Shown: positions 17,865 to 27,283, counted from the first letter of the stretch. The stretch: 64,000 bases of DNA from Gemmatimonadales bacterium (GCA_035602245.1 DATNMO010000022.1:5836-69835); one strand, 5' to 3'. Notes: a model not told the origin generated them from the sequence alone. Numbers and translations are program-made.

Positions 17865-18982
17865 CGGCGCGGCTCTCTTCCGGTCCTGCGGCGCGCCAAC
17901 TCGGCGCCGACGCGGTCGGCGATCTGGCCGAGTGGCAATACCGCGTCCACGCCGCCCGCCTGCACCGCCGCCACCGGCATTCCCGGAATCACCGCCGACT
18001 CGCGGTCCTGCGCGAGCCCGGTGCCGCCCGCGTCGTGCATGGCGCGCAGCCCGTCGGCGCCATCGCGCCCCATCCCCGTGAGCACGACGCCCACGCCGCG
18101 TGGGCCGAACACTTCGGCGATGGAGCGAAACAGCGGATCGGCCGCGGGACGCACGCCCCAGATGGGCGCGGACTGGTCGAGCGCGATGATGGGGCCGTCG
18201 GGAGCGGAGCGCACCCGCATATGATAATCGCCCGGGGCCACGTATGCCGTGTCGGCCACGACGGGCGCGCCGTCGTCGGCCTCCACCACGCGCAGCTGGC
18301 TCATCGAGTCGAGGCGCTCGGCGAGGCTGCGGGTGAATTTGGGCGGCATGTGCTGGACGATCAGGACGGCGGCGCCACGTCCCGTGGGCAGGCGGGGCAC
18401 GACATCGGTGAGCGCGCGCGGCCCGCCCGTGGATGCGGCAATCCCGACCGCCAGCACGGCGCGGCCGCGCAACGCCAGCTCGGGCGGATGGACCACGGGC
18501 GCGGGCGGCCGCGCCAGGACCTTCACGTGCGAGAGGTCGGCCGCGAGGGCGCGCCGCACCGCGGTGATGAGCTGGGGCGCGAGCGCCGCAAGCGCCGCCC
18601 GGGGGGAAGAGGAGCCTGCAATATCTGGTGGCGGCTTGGCGACGATCTCGACCGCGCCGAGCTCGAGGGCGCGGATCGCGGTGGCAGTGCCGGGGCCCGC
18701 GTGGGCGCTGACCACGACGATGGGGCGCGGCGATTCGGACATGATGTACCCGATGGCGCCCAGGCCGTCGAGCTCTGGCATCTCGAGGTCGAGCGTCACG
18801 ACGTCGGGGTTGTACTGGTGAATCTTGCGGATGGCGTCCACCCCATCGCGGGCGGTGGCCACGACGCGGAACTCCCCGGTATCCGCGTCCCCACCCCCCA
18901 GCACGTCCACCAGCACGCGCCGCATCAGTGCGCTGTCGTCGGCGACGAGTACCGTGGGCCGGCGATCAGATGACGTGCTCAT
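17861..18982 (-). CDS. cheB: Chemotaxis response regulator protein-glutamate methylesterase CheB
   Basis: REC domain ([13 protein letters not shown]...[13 protein letters not shown]) plus methylesterase motifs [28 protein letters not shown]. Start taken at ATG 18982 ([13 protein letters not shown]), overlapping the cheD end by 17 nt. Confidence 0.9.
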   Translation of the reverse strand: MSTSSDRRPTVLVADDSALMRRVLVDVLGGGDADTGEFRVVATARDGVDAIRKIHQYNPDVVTLDLEMPELDGLGAIGYIMSESPRPIVVVSAHAGPGTATAIRALELGAVEIVAKPPPDIAGSSSPRAALAALAPQLITAVRRALAADLSHVKVLARPPAPVVHPPELALRGRAVLAVGIAASTGGPRALTDVVPRLPTGRGAAVLIVQHMPPKFTRSLAERLDSMSQLRVVEADDGAPVVADTAYVAPGDYHMRVRSAPDGPIIALDQSAPIWGVRPAADPLFRSIAEVFGPRGVGVVLTGMGRDGADGLRAMHDAGGTGLAQDRESAVIPGMPVAAVQAGGVDAVLPLGQIADRVGAELARRRTGREPRR

Positions 18983-19448
18983 CGGCTCCCACCGAGCGGA
19001 TCTCGACCCGGCCGTCCTGCACGTGAAAGCGCACGGAGCGGCCGCGCTCACCGCCCACCGCCTCGCGCAGGATGGGGATTTCGGCGGCGCGCAGGGCGTT
19101 GCGCGCCGCCACGACGTTGCGCTCGCCCATCTGAATCGTGCCGGGCGTCATCAGCTGGCTGAACATGCTGGCGCCCCCCGCGAGCTTGGCGACGAGGCGG
19201 CGCGGATCGGCGCCCAGTGCCTTGAGGCGCTCGACGAGCAGCGGCACCGCGGATTCGGGAAACTTCGCGGGGTTGCTCGCGTCATGCGCGAGGCTCTTGG
19301 ACGGCAGCAGGACGTGCGCCATCGCGCCGGACTTGCTGGTGGGGTCGTGCAGCATGATGGCGACGCAGGAGCCGAGGCCCAGCGTGACCAGTACCCCATC
19401 GCCGCGCTCGGCGGCCCATTCGGCGACCTTGACGATGACTTCCTTCAC
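18966..19448 (-). CDS. cheD: Chemoreceptor glutamine deamidase CheD
   Basis: C-terminal 160 aa of the 396-aa ORF: [18 protein letters not shown] (catalytic Cys), AHVLLP, GGASMF. GTG 19448-19446 overlaps the cheR stop (GTGA). The remaining upstream ORF is Arg/Pro-rich and overlaps cheR. Confidence 0.88.
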   Translation of the reverse strand: MKEVIVKVAEWAAERGDGVLVTLGLGSCVAIMLHDPTSKSGAMAHVLLPSKSLAHDASNPAKFPESAVPLLVERLKALGADPRRLVAKLAGGASMFSQLMTPGTIQMGERNVVAARNALRAAEIPILREAVGGERGRSVRFHVQDGRVEIRSVGADEHVI

Positions 19449-20260
19449 GGCGCAGTTGGTCTCGTATAGATCCGCTCCCGCGGGTCTACGAGGGTGAGAC
19501 GCTCGCGTGCCGGTCCGAACAGGGTCTCGACTTTCCCGAGCAGGAGCACACCGCCCGGCGCGAGCGCGTCCACGAACACCTGGAACAGCCGCTCCTGGGC
19601 CTGGCGCTCGAAATAGATCACGACGTTGCGGCACACGATCAGGTCGTACGGCGGACGCGGCGGCGGCTCCCGCATCAGGTCGTGGGCGAGGACGTGGACG
19701 AGGGCGCGGACCCCGGGCGCCGGCTGCCCGCCCGAGAAATACCGGCGCTTCAAGTCCGCCGGCATTTCGCTGAATGCGCCGTCGGGGTATTGGGCCTGGC
19801 GGGTGCGCTCGAGGCTCAGGCGGTCCACGTCGGTCGCGTCCACGAACGCGTGCTCGAGGGAATCTGTGCCCGCGGTCTGGGCGATGAGCATGGCGATCGT
19901 GTACGGCTCCTCGCCCGAGGCGCAGCCTGCGGACCAAACGCGGAGCCGCCCGCGCTGGGCGCGCCACAACGCCGCGAGATGCGGCCCCAGCGCGTTCCAC
20001 GTCTCGGCGTTGCGGTAGAACTTGGTGACGTTGATGGTGAGCGCGTCGAGCAGCTCTTGGTACTCGTGCGCGTCCTGATCCAGCAGCCGACTGTAGTCGT
20101 CGTAGGTGTGCACGCCGCGGGCGCGCATGCGCACCGCGATGCGGCGTTTCAAACACTTGTCCTTGTACGACTCGCAGCTCACTCCCCGCGTCGCCGAGAT
20201 CTTTTGCGTCAGCGCCCGGAACGCGCGCTCGTCCTGCGGTCCGCCTCCTGCCGAACTCAC
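19445..20260 (-). CDS. cheR: Chemotaxis protein methyltransferase CheR
   Basis: 271 aa. N-terminal helical domain (YKDKCLKRRIAVRMRARG, TINVTKFYRN) and SAM domain (RVWSAGCASGEEPYTIAM, DLIVCRNVVIYF). The GTG start overlaps the upstream stop (GTGA). Confidence 0.9.
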   Translation of the reverse strand: MSSAGGGPQDERAFRALTQKISATRGVSCESYKDKCLKRRIAVRMRARGVHTYDDYSRLLDQDAHEYQELLDALTINVTKFYRNAETWNALGPHLAALWRAQRGRLRVWSAGCASGEEPYTIAMLIAQTAGTDSLEHAFVDATDVDRLSLERTRQAQYPDGAFSEMPADLKRRYFSGGQPAPGVRALVHVLAHDLMREPPPRPPYDLIVCRNVVIYFERQAQERLFQVFVDALAPGGVLLLGKVETLFGPARERLTLVDPRERIYTRPTAP

Positions 20261-21873
20261 GACAGCGTGCTCAAGGTGTCCAGATTGGCTTTCACGAGTT
20301 CGTGCTTGGGGTTCAGCTCGAGCGCCCGGCGCCAGAGCTCGCTCGCCTGCTCACGGGCGTTTCGCTTGTAGGCGATGTTGCCGAGCTTGAAGAAGACGTC
20401 GTCGCCCAAGTCGGGCGCCAGCTCGACGGCGCGCTGGTAGAGATCCCATGCCTCGTCGTAGCGCGAGCCGCGGTAGGCCAGGTCGCCCAGGTTCTTGGAT
20501 AGCTGGGGCAGTGACGGCTCGTCCTGGAGCGCCGCACGCGCCAGCTCCTCGGCCGCCGGCAGGTCGCCGGCGAGCTCGCGGAGCACTGCGAGGTTGTTGC
20601 GGAGCACGGCGTTCTGGGGATGCGCCTCTACAGCCTGCGCGGCCACCTGCTCGGCCATCTCGAAGTCCCCCGCCGCCGCGGCGGTGAGCACGCGCGCCCA
20701 GTACCAGAGAGGCGGAACGTTCTCGGCGAACAACTCCTTGGCGCGGTCGAGCCGGCCCGCCGCGCTGGCGTGATCCCCCAGCTTCAGCGCGACCACTCCC
20801 CACCCCACGTACACGCGCGGATCGGTGCGCGCGCGCGTCGCCGCTTCGGCGTATGCCGCCTCCGCATCCTCGAGACGCCCCAGCTGCTCGAAGGCGAGTG
20901 CGAGGTTGTGGAGCACGGCGGGCCGGGAACCGCCCTTTTCGGCGGCGAGCCGCAGCGCCTCCATCGCCTCGCGCCAGCGCGCTTGCTTCAGCGCCACCAG
21001 CCCGATGAAGAAGTGCGCGTTGGCGTCGGTCGAGCGCAGCTCGGCCACGCGGCGGAACTCGCGCGCCGCTTCGTCCAGCATGCCCGTCTTGTAGAAGGCG
21101 ACGCCGAGATTACGGTGCTCCTCGACGCGCGCGTCCGTCATCTTCAGGTCTTCGGCGCTGGCGGTGCGGCCGGCGCGGTGCAGGAACCCCGCCGTCACGA
21201 GGCCGTACAGCGCCTTACCGACTTCGAACTCGCCGAGCCCCGAGTCTTCGATGGTCTGATTCACGTCGCGCGAGCCGTCGAGCAGCGGCAGCAGCCGCTC
21301 CTGCATTTCCGTCAATTTCGCATCGCTGATGGCGAGCCGGTCGCGGTCCACGACGAAGATCAGGTCGAACGAAGGGATCTTCTTCTCGATCAGGCTCCAC
21401 TCGTCCACCCGCCGGGCGCCCTCGAGCAGCAGCGATTCGGGGTTGATGGAGACCAGGAAGTCCTGCTGTTCGGGGCGGACGTCGGCCTCGAAGTTGAAGG
21501 TCCCCTGCGTCCACGTGAACAGGTAGTAGACCGACTCCTCGATCTGAATGCGCATGTAGCGCTCCAGCTCCTGCTGCGAGATCACGTTTTGGCCGACGAG
21601 AATCTCGCCCAGCTTTTTGTCGCGCTCCTTGGCCTGGCGGTGGATGGCGGCGTCGAGCTGTTCCTGGCTGATCTTCGCGTGCTTGACGAGGATGTCGCCG
21701 AGCCGGTCGCGGCGGTTGACGATCGACGCGTAGCAGATCCGGCCCTTGTCGAAGTAGATGTATCCGAAGTTCGAGCGGTCGGCGATCGACAGGCAGCCCG
21801 TTTTCTGCCCCAGCGCGAGCAGCTGCAGCACGTCGGGGAGCGACGCCTCTTTGAGCGAGCCCTTGATGGCCAT
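20257..21873 (-). CDS. PATAN/DUF4388-domain protein with GspE-N-like motif and C-terminal TPR array (paralog a)
   Basis: 538 aa. N-terminus [30 protein letters not shown]...GYIYFDKGRICYA is DUF4388/PATAN-like. LGDILVKHAKISQEQLDAAIHRQ...LGEILVGQNVISQQELERYM resembles the T2SS-E N-terminal (MshEN-type) repeat. About 7 TPR units follow. Confidence 0.8.
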   Translation of the reverse strand: MAIKGSLKEASLPDVLQLLALGQKTGCLSIADRSNFGYIYFDKGRICYASIVNRRDRLGDILVKHAKISQEQLDAAIHRQAKERDKKLGEILVGQNVISQQELERYMRIQIEESVYYLFTWTQGTFNFEADVRPEQQDFLVSINPESLLLEGARRVDEWSLIEKKIPSFDLIFVVDRDRLAISDAKLTEMQERLLPLLDGSRDVNQTIEDSGLGEFEVGKALYGLVTAGFLHRAGRTASAEDLKMTDARVEEHRNLGVAFYKTGMLDEAAREFRRVAELRSTDANAHFFIGLVALKQARWREAMEALRLAAEKGGSRPAVLHNLALAFEQLGRLEDAEAAYAEAATRARTDPRVYVGWGVVALKLGDHASAAGRLDRAKELFAENVPPLWYWARVLTAAAAGDFEMAEQVAAQAVEAHPQNAVLRNNLAVLRELAGDLPAAEELARAALQDEPSLPQLSKNLGDLAYRGSRYDEAWDLYQRAVELAPDLGDDVFFKLGNIAYKRNAREQASELWRRALELNPKHELVKANLDTLSTLS

Positions 21874-23831
21874 CAGCGCAACTCCTCGATGACGCGGTCA
21901 GCCGGCGAGGGCCAGTCCCACACCATTTTCTCGCGGCTGCGGACCCCGCCGGCGCTCGACACCACGATGCCGCTGGTGCGGAGACCAGTCGTGCGACGGG
22001 CGGCAGGCGCGCCTTCCAGCACCTCGCGCGCGAGTCCCGCCGACACCGGCGAATCCTGCGCCGCGGCCGCTTCCACCACGCGCTGCACCAGCCCAGTCAG
22101 GCTGCGCACCGAGTCGGTGGGACGGTCGGCGAGATAGTCGCGCAGCGCCGGGTCCGCCGGCACCCGGTGCTGCTTCAAGAGCGGCTCCAGCGCGGCGCGG
22201 CGCAGCTCCCGGTCCGGCTCGCCGATTTCCGCCACCAGCCCGCCCTCGAGGCGGGAGGCAATCCGCTCTTCCAATCCAGCCAGGGTGTTGGGGTGCGCGG
22301 GCGCGGTGAACACCAGCTGGCGGTCGGCATCCAGGAACTGGTTGAAGAGATTGAACAGCTCTTCCTGGGTCCGTTCCTTGCCGGCGAGCAGGTGAATGTC
22401 GTCGAGCAGCAGCGCCGTGGCGCGACGGTAGCGCGCGCGCCACCAGTTCACGCGGTTGCCGTCGATTGCGGCGATCAATTCGTCCACGAACGCCTGAGTC
22501 GAGAGGCAGGCGACCACAGCGCCTTTTTTCTTGGCCAGCTCGATGCCGATCGCGTTCAGGAGGTGGGTTTTCCCGAGACCGCTCCGTCCCACCAGCACGA
22601 GCGGATTGTACTTCTTGCCCGGCGCGGCGATCACGGCGCGGGCCGCCTTGACCGCGACTTCGTTCGACGGTCCCGACGCGTACCCGTCGAGCGGGAAGGC
22701 AGCGGACGGGGCCGGCGGCGGCGCCGCGCCCTCGCGGACCGTGGCCGCCGCCGCTTCTGCTTCCTCCAGGCGATCGGGATCGTGAAACACCTTGCCCCCC
22801 GCGGTCTGGGGATCGAGCGCCGTGACTTCCGCCTCGAGCGCCTTGAGACGCTCGACGTCCTGCACGTAGGCGGCGATCGCTTCGTCCACGGCCGCGGGCG
22901 TATCCTGATCGAGCAGCTTCTCGAGGCGGGCCGTGCGGTAGCCTTCACCTTCCCAGCGCAGCACGGCCTCCGCCACGCGCGCGCGCCACGCCTCCACGGC
23001 TTTGCCGACCGTGACGGTGACGTCGCTCAGGAACTGCGAGAATTCGTCGGCACCCGAAGCGCGGCCCGGCGCCTCGGTCGGCGCACTGCTCCCTGCTCCC
23101 TGCTCCCCGCTTCCGCTTACTCCCAGCACCTGACGCGCCGCTTCGGCATTGATCGGCGTGTCGTTCACCGCCTGGTAGGCGACGATCCGGTTGAGCGCGC
23201 CCATCAGCTCGCGCACGTTGGGAAACGCGATCTTGGCGACGGCCTCGAGCACGCCCGGCTGGAACGACGTACCGCGCTCTTCGGCCTTGCGCCGCAGGAT
23301 CGCCACGCGCGTCTCGTAGTCGGGCACGCCCATGTCCACGACCAGCCCGCCCGAGAAACGGGAGATCAGGCGCTCGTCCAGGTCCGCGATTTCGGCGGGC
23401 GGGCGGTCGCTTGCCAGCACGATCTGATGGCCGGCCTGCTGCAGCGCCTCGGTGAGCCGCAGCAGCTCCGCCTGCATCTCTTTGCGGTTCGTGAGAAACT
23501 GGACGTCGTCCACGAGCAGCGCGTCCACGTTCTGGAACCGGCGCCGGAACACGTCCCCCTGCCCCGCCGCGATCGCGGCGTGGAACGCCTCCACGTACTC
23601 GTCCAGCGTCAGGTATTCGATGTTGAGCTTGGGGGCGAGCGTCTTGGCGGCGTGCCCGATGGCCATCAGGAGGTGCGTCTTGCCCAGGCCGGAGCCGCTA
23701 TAGATGAACAGCGGGTTGTACGCCGACCCGGGATTCTCCGCGACGGTACTGCCCGCCGTCACCGCGAGCCGGTTTGCCGCGCCCACGACGAACGTATCGA
23801 AGCTGAAGCGCGGATTCAGGGTGCTGGTCAT
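21873..23831 (-). CDS. Tandem DnaA-like AAA+ ATPase (two DnaA domain-III modules, no domain I/II and no domain IV)
   Basis: 652 aa. Module 1 (aa 1-235): [19 protein letters not shown], Walker A GSGLGKTH, Walker [49 protein letters not shown]. Module 2 (aa ~378-605): [72 protein letters not shown]. No HTH or DnaA-signature segment is recognisable. ATGA-coupled to mglA. Confidence 0.85.
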   Translation of the reverse strand: MTSTLNPRFSFDTFVVGAANRLAVTAGSTVAENPGSAYNPLFIYSGSGLGKTHLLMAIGHAAKTLAPKLNIEYLTLDEYVEAFHAAIAAGQGDVFRRRFQNVDALLVDDVQFLTNRKEMQAELLRLTEALQQAGHQIVLASDRPPAEIADLDERLISRFSGGLVVDMGVPDYETRVAILRRKAEERGTSFQPGVLEAVAKIAFPNVRELMGALNRIVAYQAVNDTPINAEAARQVLGVSGSGEQGAGSSAPTEAPGRASGADEFSQFLSDVTVTVGKAVEAWRARVAEAVLRWEGEGYRTARLEKLLDQDTPAAVDEAIAAYVQDVERLKALEAEVTALDPQTAGGKVFHDPDRLEEAEAAAATVREGAAPPPAPSAAFPLDGYASGPSNEVAVKAARAVIAAPGKKYNPLVLVGRSGLGKTHLLNAIGIELAKKKGAVVACLSTQAFVDELIAAIDGNRVNWWRARYRRATALLLDDIHLLAGKERTQEELFNLFNQFLDADRQLVFTAPAHPNTLAGLEERIASRLEGGLVAEIGEPDRELRRAALEPLLKQHRVPADPALRDYLADRPTDSVRSLTGLVQRVVEAAAAQDSPVSAGLAREVLEGAPAARRTTGLRTSGIVVSSAGGVRSREKMVWDWPSPADRVIEELR

Positions 23832-24427
23832 GCTGGGCTCCCCGCCGCGAGCCGCTTCAGCACCAGCTCGGAGATGCTCTTCAGCGTCTCGAATACGCCG
23901 GTGCCATGCAGCGCGTCGGCCGCAAAGCTCGGCACCCCGCGGAAGTTCAAGGCGTCGTCGAGCTCGGGCTGCGTGAGGATGAGCTCGCGCGGCAGGTCCT
24001 GCTTGTTGTACTGCATCACGAGCGGCATGGCGCGGACATCCACCCCGTGCTCGAGCAGATTGCTCTGCAGGTTCTGGAGGCTCTCCAGGTTTTCGTCGAG
24101 CTGGCGGGCCTGGCTGTCGCCGACGAACACGACGCCGTCCGACCCTTGCAGCACCAGGCGCCGGGTGGCGTTGTAGTAAACCTGGCCCGGTACGGTGTAG
24201 AGCTGGAAGCGGGTCGTGAATCCCGAGATCTGGCCGAGGTCGATCGGGAGGAAGTCGAAGAACAGCGTGCGGTCGGTCTGGGTGGCAAGCGACACCATGC
24301 GGCCCCGGCGCGTCTCGGGTACCCGCCCGTACACGTAATGCAGGTTCGTCGTCTTGCCGGACCGACCGGGTCCGTAATAGACGATCTTGCAGGTGATTTC
24401 GCGGGTCGTGAAGTTCACCAGGGACAC
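23828..24427 (-). CDS. mglA: MglA-type Ras-like small GTPase
   Basis: 199 aa, collinear with Myxococcus MglA as I remember it: [21 protein letters not shown] (P-loop), [11 protein letters not shown] (switch I), [10 protein letters not shown] (switch II PGQ), QYNKQDL (NKxD). GTG start 3 nt after the mglB-like stop. Confidence 0.9.
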   Translation of the reverse strand: MSLVNFTTREITCKIVYYGPGRSGKTTNLHYVYGRVPETRRGRMVSLATQTDRTLFFDFLPIDLGQISGFTTRFQLYTVPGQVYYNATRRLVLQGSDGVVFVGDSQARQLDENLESLQNLQSNLLEHGVDVRAMPLVMQYNKQDLPRELILTQPELDDALNFRGVPSFAADALHGTGVFETLKSISELVLKRLAAGSPA

Positions 24428-24430
24428 CGG

Positions 24431-24901
24431 CTATCTCCCGAACAGCGTGTTCAGACTGTCAGTCAGCTCGCGCTCGAAGTCCGCCGCCAACACCTGCTTG
24501 GGGACCGCACCCTTGGGGCTCGCTGCCTTCAGGTCCGCCGCAAGTTGCTCATAGAATAACTGCACCAGGCCGATCGATGAAATATCGAGGTCGTAAACCG
24601 CTAGCACCGCGAGCGTGCCGCGCTCGGTCACGAAGGTCGCCAGAAAGATGCCGTGCCGGTGTCCCTGGTGATTCAAGGCCGCGAAGGGCGGCTGGCGGAG
24701 CTGGCGCGCCAGCTCCGCCGTCGTGGCGACGATCGCCGCGCCGAGCGCGGCCGCCGACATCACATCCACCGCGCGCGAGAACCCCGATTGGGCGAGCACT
24801 TGGCCCGCCGGCGTCAGCACCAACACCAGACGCACCGATGCCTCTTTGACGAAGTCGGTGAGCGGCTGCAGCGTCCAGCTCTCGACCGCACGCGTGCTCA
24901 C
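24431..24901 (-). CDS. MglB-like Roadblock/LC7-domain protein (putative GAP partner of MglA)
   Basis: C-terminal 156 aa of a 350-aa ORF: LTDFVKEASVRLVLVLTPAGQVLAQSGF...GIFLATFVTERGTLAVLAVYDLD is a Roadblock fold pattern with a C-terminal extension. Sits immediately upstream of mglA as in mglBA operons. GTG 24901 overlaps the upstream stop (GTGA). Confidence 0.75.
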   Translation of the reverse strand: MSTRAVESWTLQPLTDFVKEASVRLVLVLTPAGQVLAQSGFSRAVDVMSAAALGAAIVATTAELARQLRQPPFAALNHQGHRHGIFLATFVTERGTLAVLAVYDLDISSIGLVQLFYEQLAADLKAASPKGAVPKQVLAADFERELTDSLNTLFGR

Positions 24902-25242
24902 ACGACCATCTCCGCGGCGCGCAGCAGCTCGAGCCGCACGAGGCCGATGTTCACGTCGGGCTCGGCGACGGCCACGACGAGGATTCCTCCCGCGGAGGTC
25001 CCCGGCACGACCAGCAACGCGCCACGCTCTCCCTGGAGATGCCAGAACACGCTCACCCCGATGCCTGCCGCCTCCATCGCGCGGCGCAGCCGCCCCGCGA
25101 GGCTCGCGGCCAGCGCCGCCACCGCGCCGCCCTTGATGCCTTCCATCAGTTGTTCGGCGACGACGAGCCCGTCGTCGGCCGAGACGAGCATGGCGCCGCG
25201 CACGCCGCGCACGCGGGTGATGAGGTCCAGGGCGGCGCTCAC
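24898..25242 (-). CDS. Roadblock/LC7-domain protein
   Basis: 114 aa: LDLITRVRGVRGAMLVSADDGLVVAEQLMEG...ERGALLVVPGTSAGGILVVAVAEPDVNIGLVRLELLRAAE is canonical Robl_LC7 layout. The GTG start overlaps the upstream stop (GTGA). Confidence 0.75.
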   Translation of the reverse strand: MSAALDLITRVRGVRGAMLVSADDGLVVAEQLMEGIKGGAVAALAASLAGRLRRAMEAAGIGVSVFWHLQGERGALLVVPGTSAGGILVVAVAEPDVNIGLVRLELLRAAEMVV

Positions 25243-26093
25243 GTCTCGCGCTCCAGCCAGCGCCGCGCCATCGTCGTCGCGCGTTGCGCGAGAATGGCGA
25301 GCCGCCCCAGGGGAACGCCGCGGTCGCGGACAACGAGCAGTAACGCCTCCGGCGTGGGATGGGAGAGGTGGACGTTGCCGTGCTGTCCCTCCGCCGAGAG
25401 CCCGCTCCAGGCGCCGAGGCCCAGGAGCTTGGCGGTGCGCGCCGCCTCCTGCGATACGCCCGCGAGATACGCGGCGACGGCATCCGTTACGTCAGTACCA
25501 GACTTGTCCTTCAAGGCACCGCCAAGGACACGACCAGCGCCGTCGATAAGCAATAAGCCTTCGTTGGCGCCCTCGAGGCCCGCGAACACACGGGATTCGT
25601 CGAGCGACGCCGGCGATGGAGCGGCGGCGGTTGGGGCGGTCGGGGCGGTCGGCGTCGCGGGTGCCTCCGGCGGCGCGGCCGGAGACGGCGGCGCCGCTCC
25701 CCCGCGCACCATCGCGATCGCCTGCGCGATGCTGGGGTCGTCGGGCTCGATCCGCTGCGCCAGATCGAGGTGCGCCTCGGCTTGGGTGAGGTCACCGACC
25801 TTGAAGTATAGGAACGCGAGCCCCTTCAGGGCGCCGGTGTGGTTCGGCGCGATGCGCACCGTCATGTCCCACTCATCGAACGCCTTCTCATAGTCGTGCT
25901 TGTCCGTCAGGATGCGCGCGTACAAATCATGCGCGTCGGCGAGGTGCGGATGCCGCTCGAGGCCGTTCACCGCGACGCGCGCGGCGGCATCGAGCTGGCC
26001 CTTGCGCCGCAGCGCTTCGCCGAGCCGCAAGAACACGAGGCTGTGCGGATCCTGCGCCAGCTGGGCGGAGAGTGCGCGGACGTCGTCAGCCAT
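25239..26093 (-). CDS. TPR - Pro/Ala linker - Roadblock/LC7 fusion protein
   Basis: 284 aa from ATG 26093 (MADDVRALSAQLAQDP...). It has 3 TPR-like units, the linker APPSPAAPPEAPATPTAPTAPTAAAPSPA, and then GLLLIDGAGRVLGG...NVHLSHPTPEALLLVVRDRGVPLGRLAILAQRA (Roadblock pattern). The start overlaps the upstream stop by 8 nt. Confidence 0.65.
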   Translation of the reverse strand: MADDVRALSAQLAQDPHSLVFLRLGEALRRKGQLDAAARVAVNGLERHPHLADAHDLYARILTDKHDYEKAFDEWDMTVRIAPNHTGALKGLAFLYFKVGDLTQAEAHLDLAQRIEPDDPSIAQAIAMVRGGAAPPSPAAPPEAPATPTAPTAPTAAAPSPASLDESRVFAGLEGANEGLLLIDGAGRVLGGALKDKSGTDVTDAVAAYLAGVSQEAARTAKLLGLGAWSGLSAEGQHGNVHLSHPTPEALLLVVRDRGVPLGRLAILAQRATTMARRWLERET

Positions 26094-27270
26094 GGCTGCC
26101 CGCCCGCATAGCCAGGAACACCCGCGCCGCATCGCGCGCGCGCTGCACCTCCTCGATCTGCGTCAACTCGTCCGGGCTGCGGGGGGCGAGCCGCTCCCAC
26201 TGATCCCAGCTCTCGAGGGCCTCGCCGAACCGGCCGATCGCCACCAGGGCGAACCCGAGGTGCCGGTGCGCCGCGGCGAGCAGCGGATCGAGCCGCAGCG
26301 CGCGCCGCAGCTCCTCGACGCCGGGGGCGCCGCGGCCCTGCGCCAGATGGATGCGGCCGAGCAACAGGTGCACGGTCGCGTCGTGCGGCTGCGTGTTGGC
26401 CGCCTGCTCGGCGGCCGCGCGCGCCCCGTCGAAGTCTTTCGCCTGCAGCGCCTGTTCGGCTTTCGCGACCAGCTCCGCGAGATCGGCCAGCGCGCTTCCC
26501 CCTCCTCCTGCTCCGCCCGCCCCCCCGCGGCCACGCTTGGCCGTGCCCGGATCCACCAGCACGATGACACCGGCGCTCTCCAACCCGAACAGCGTCTTGG
26601 CGACCTCGAAGTCCGAACGACCGAGCTCGGTGGCGAGGGCGCGCACGGCGCGCTGCCCGTCGATGAGCGCCAACACTTCCCACTCGGGCGGCAGCAGGTC
26701 GAGCTCACCGCCCGGACCCTCGGGCGGCGGCGCCAGCGACGGTACAACCCCCACATGTGGAATGCGGTTCTCGATCCGTGCCCATTCGTCGATGCGGCGC
26801 GCGCCTTCCATTAAGAGCGCCTCCACCGGAATCCGCACCTCGGCGCCGCTGGGCACCTCCCGCTCGGGTTCCTCGTTGAACGAGAAGTACCCCTCGTTCC
26901 AGCTCATCACCTCGAACACGACTTCCTCGATCTGGAAGCGCACCTGGCGCTCCACCTCGCGCTGCGTGATCACGCCAAGGGCCACCAGGATCTCGCCGAG
27001 GCGGCGCTTGTCGCCCTGGCGCTGCTGCATGTCGCGGGCACGCTCGAGATCGGCTTCCGTGATCTTGCCGGTGCGCAGCAGCAGGCCCCCGAGGGGATGC
27101 GGATTGCTGCGGATCTCCGCGAACACGATGACGCCATTGTCGAAATAGATCGTGCCCTGGTTGTGCCGCAGCTCCGAGGTCACGCGCAGCGCGCCCGTCT
27201 TGCGGCTCAAGTCGAGCAGCTGGAAGACGTCGTGGATGCCGAGCTCGCGGAGCGGCCCTTCAATCGCCAT
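26086..27270 (-). CDS. PATAN/DUF4388-domain protein with GspE-N-like motif and TPR tail (paralog b)
   Basis: 394 aa. MAIEGPLRELGIHDVFQLLDLSRKTGALRVTS...GTIYFDNGVIVFA (DUF4388), LGGLLLRTGKITEADLERARDMQ...LGEILVALGVITQREVERQV, then a second DUF4388-like segment (EWEVLALIDGQRAVRALA...) and 3 TPR units. Same architecture as 20257-21873. Confidence 0.8.
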   Translation of the reverse strand: MAIEGPLRELGIHDVFQLLDLSRKTGALRVTSELRHNQGTIYFDNGVIVFAEIRSNPHPLGGLLLRTGKITEADLERARDMQQRQGDKRRLGEILVALGVITQREVERQVRFQIEEVVFEVMSWNEGYFSFNEEPEREVPSGAEVRIPVEALLMEGARRIDEWARIENRIPHVGVVPSLAPPPEGPGGELDLLPPEWEVLALIDGQRAVRALATELGRSDFEVAKTLFGLESAGVIVLVDPGTAKRGRGGAGGAGGGGSALADLAELVAKAEQALQAKDFDGARAAAEQAANTQPHDATVHLLLGRIHLAQGRGAPGVEELRRALRLDPLLAAAHRHLGFALVAIGRFGEALESWDQWERLAPRSPDELTQIEEVQRARDAARVFLAMRAGSHG

Positions 27271-27283
27271 TGGGCGCCATCCC

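Noticed and set aside
21873-23831. Interpreting the DnaA-like gene as the replication initiator, and the region as oriC
   Set aside because: No domain IV DNA-binding segment was found. There is no adjacent dnaN, recF or gyrB. Neighbouring gaps are 3 nt or less, so there is no intergenic space for DnaA-box clusters or an AT-rich unwinding element. The only DnaA-box-like 9-mer I noticed (TGTGGATCC near 15150) is isolated and imperfect.
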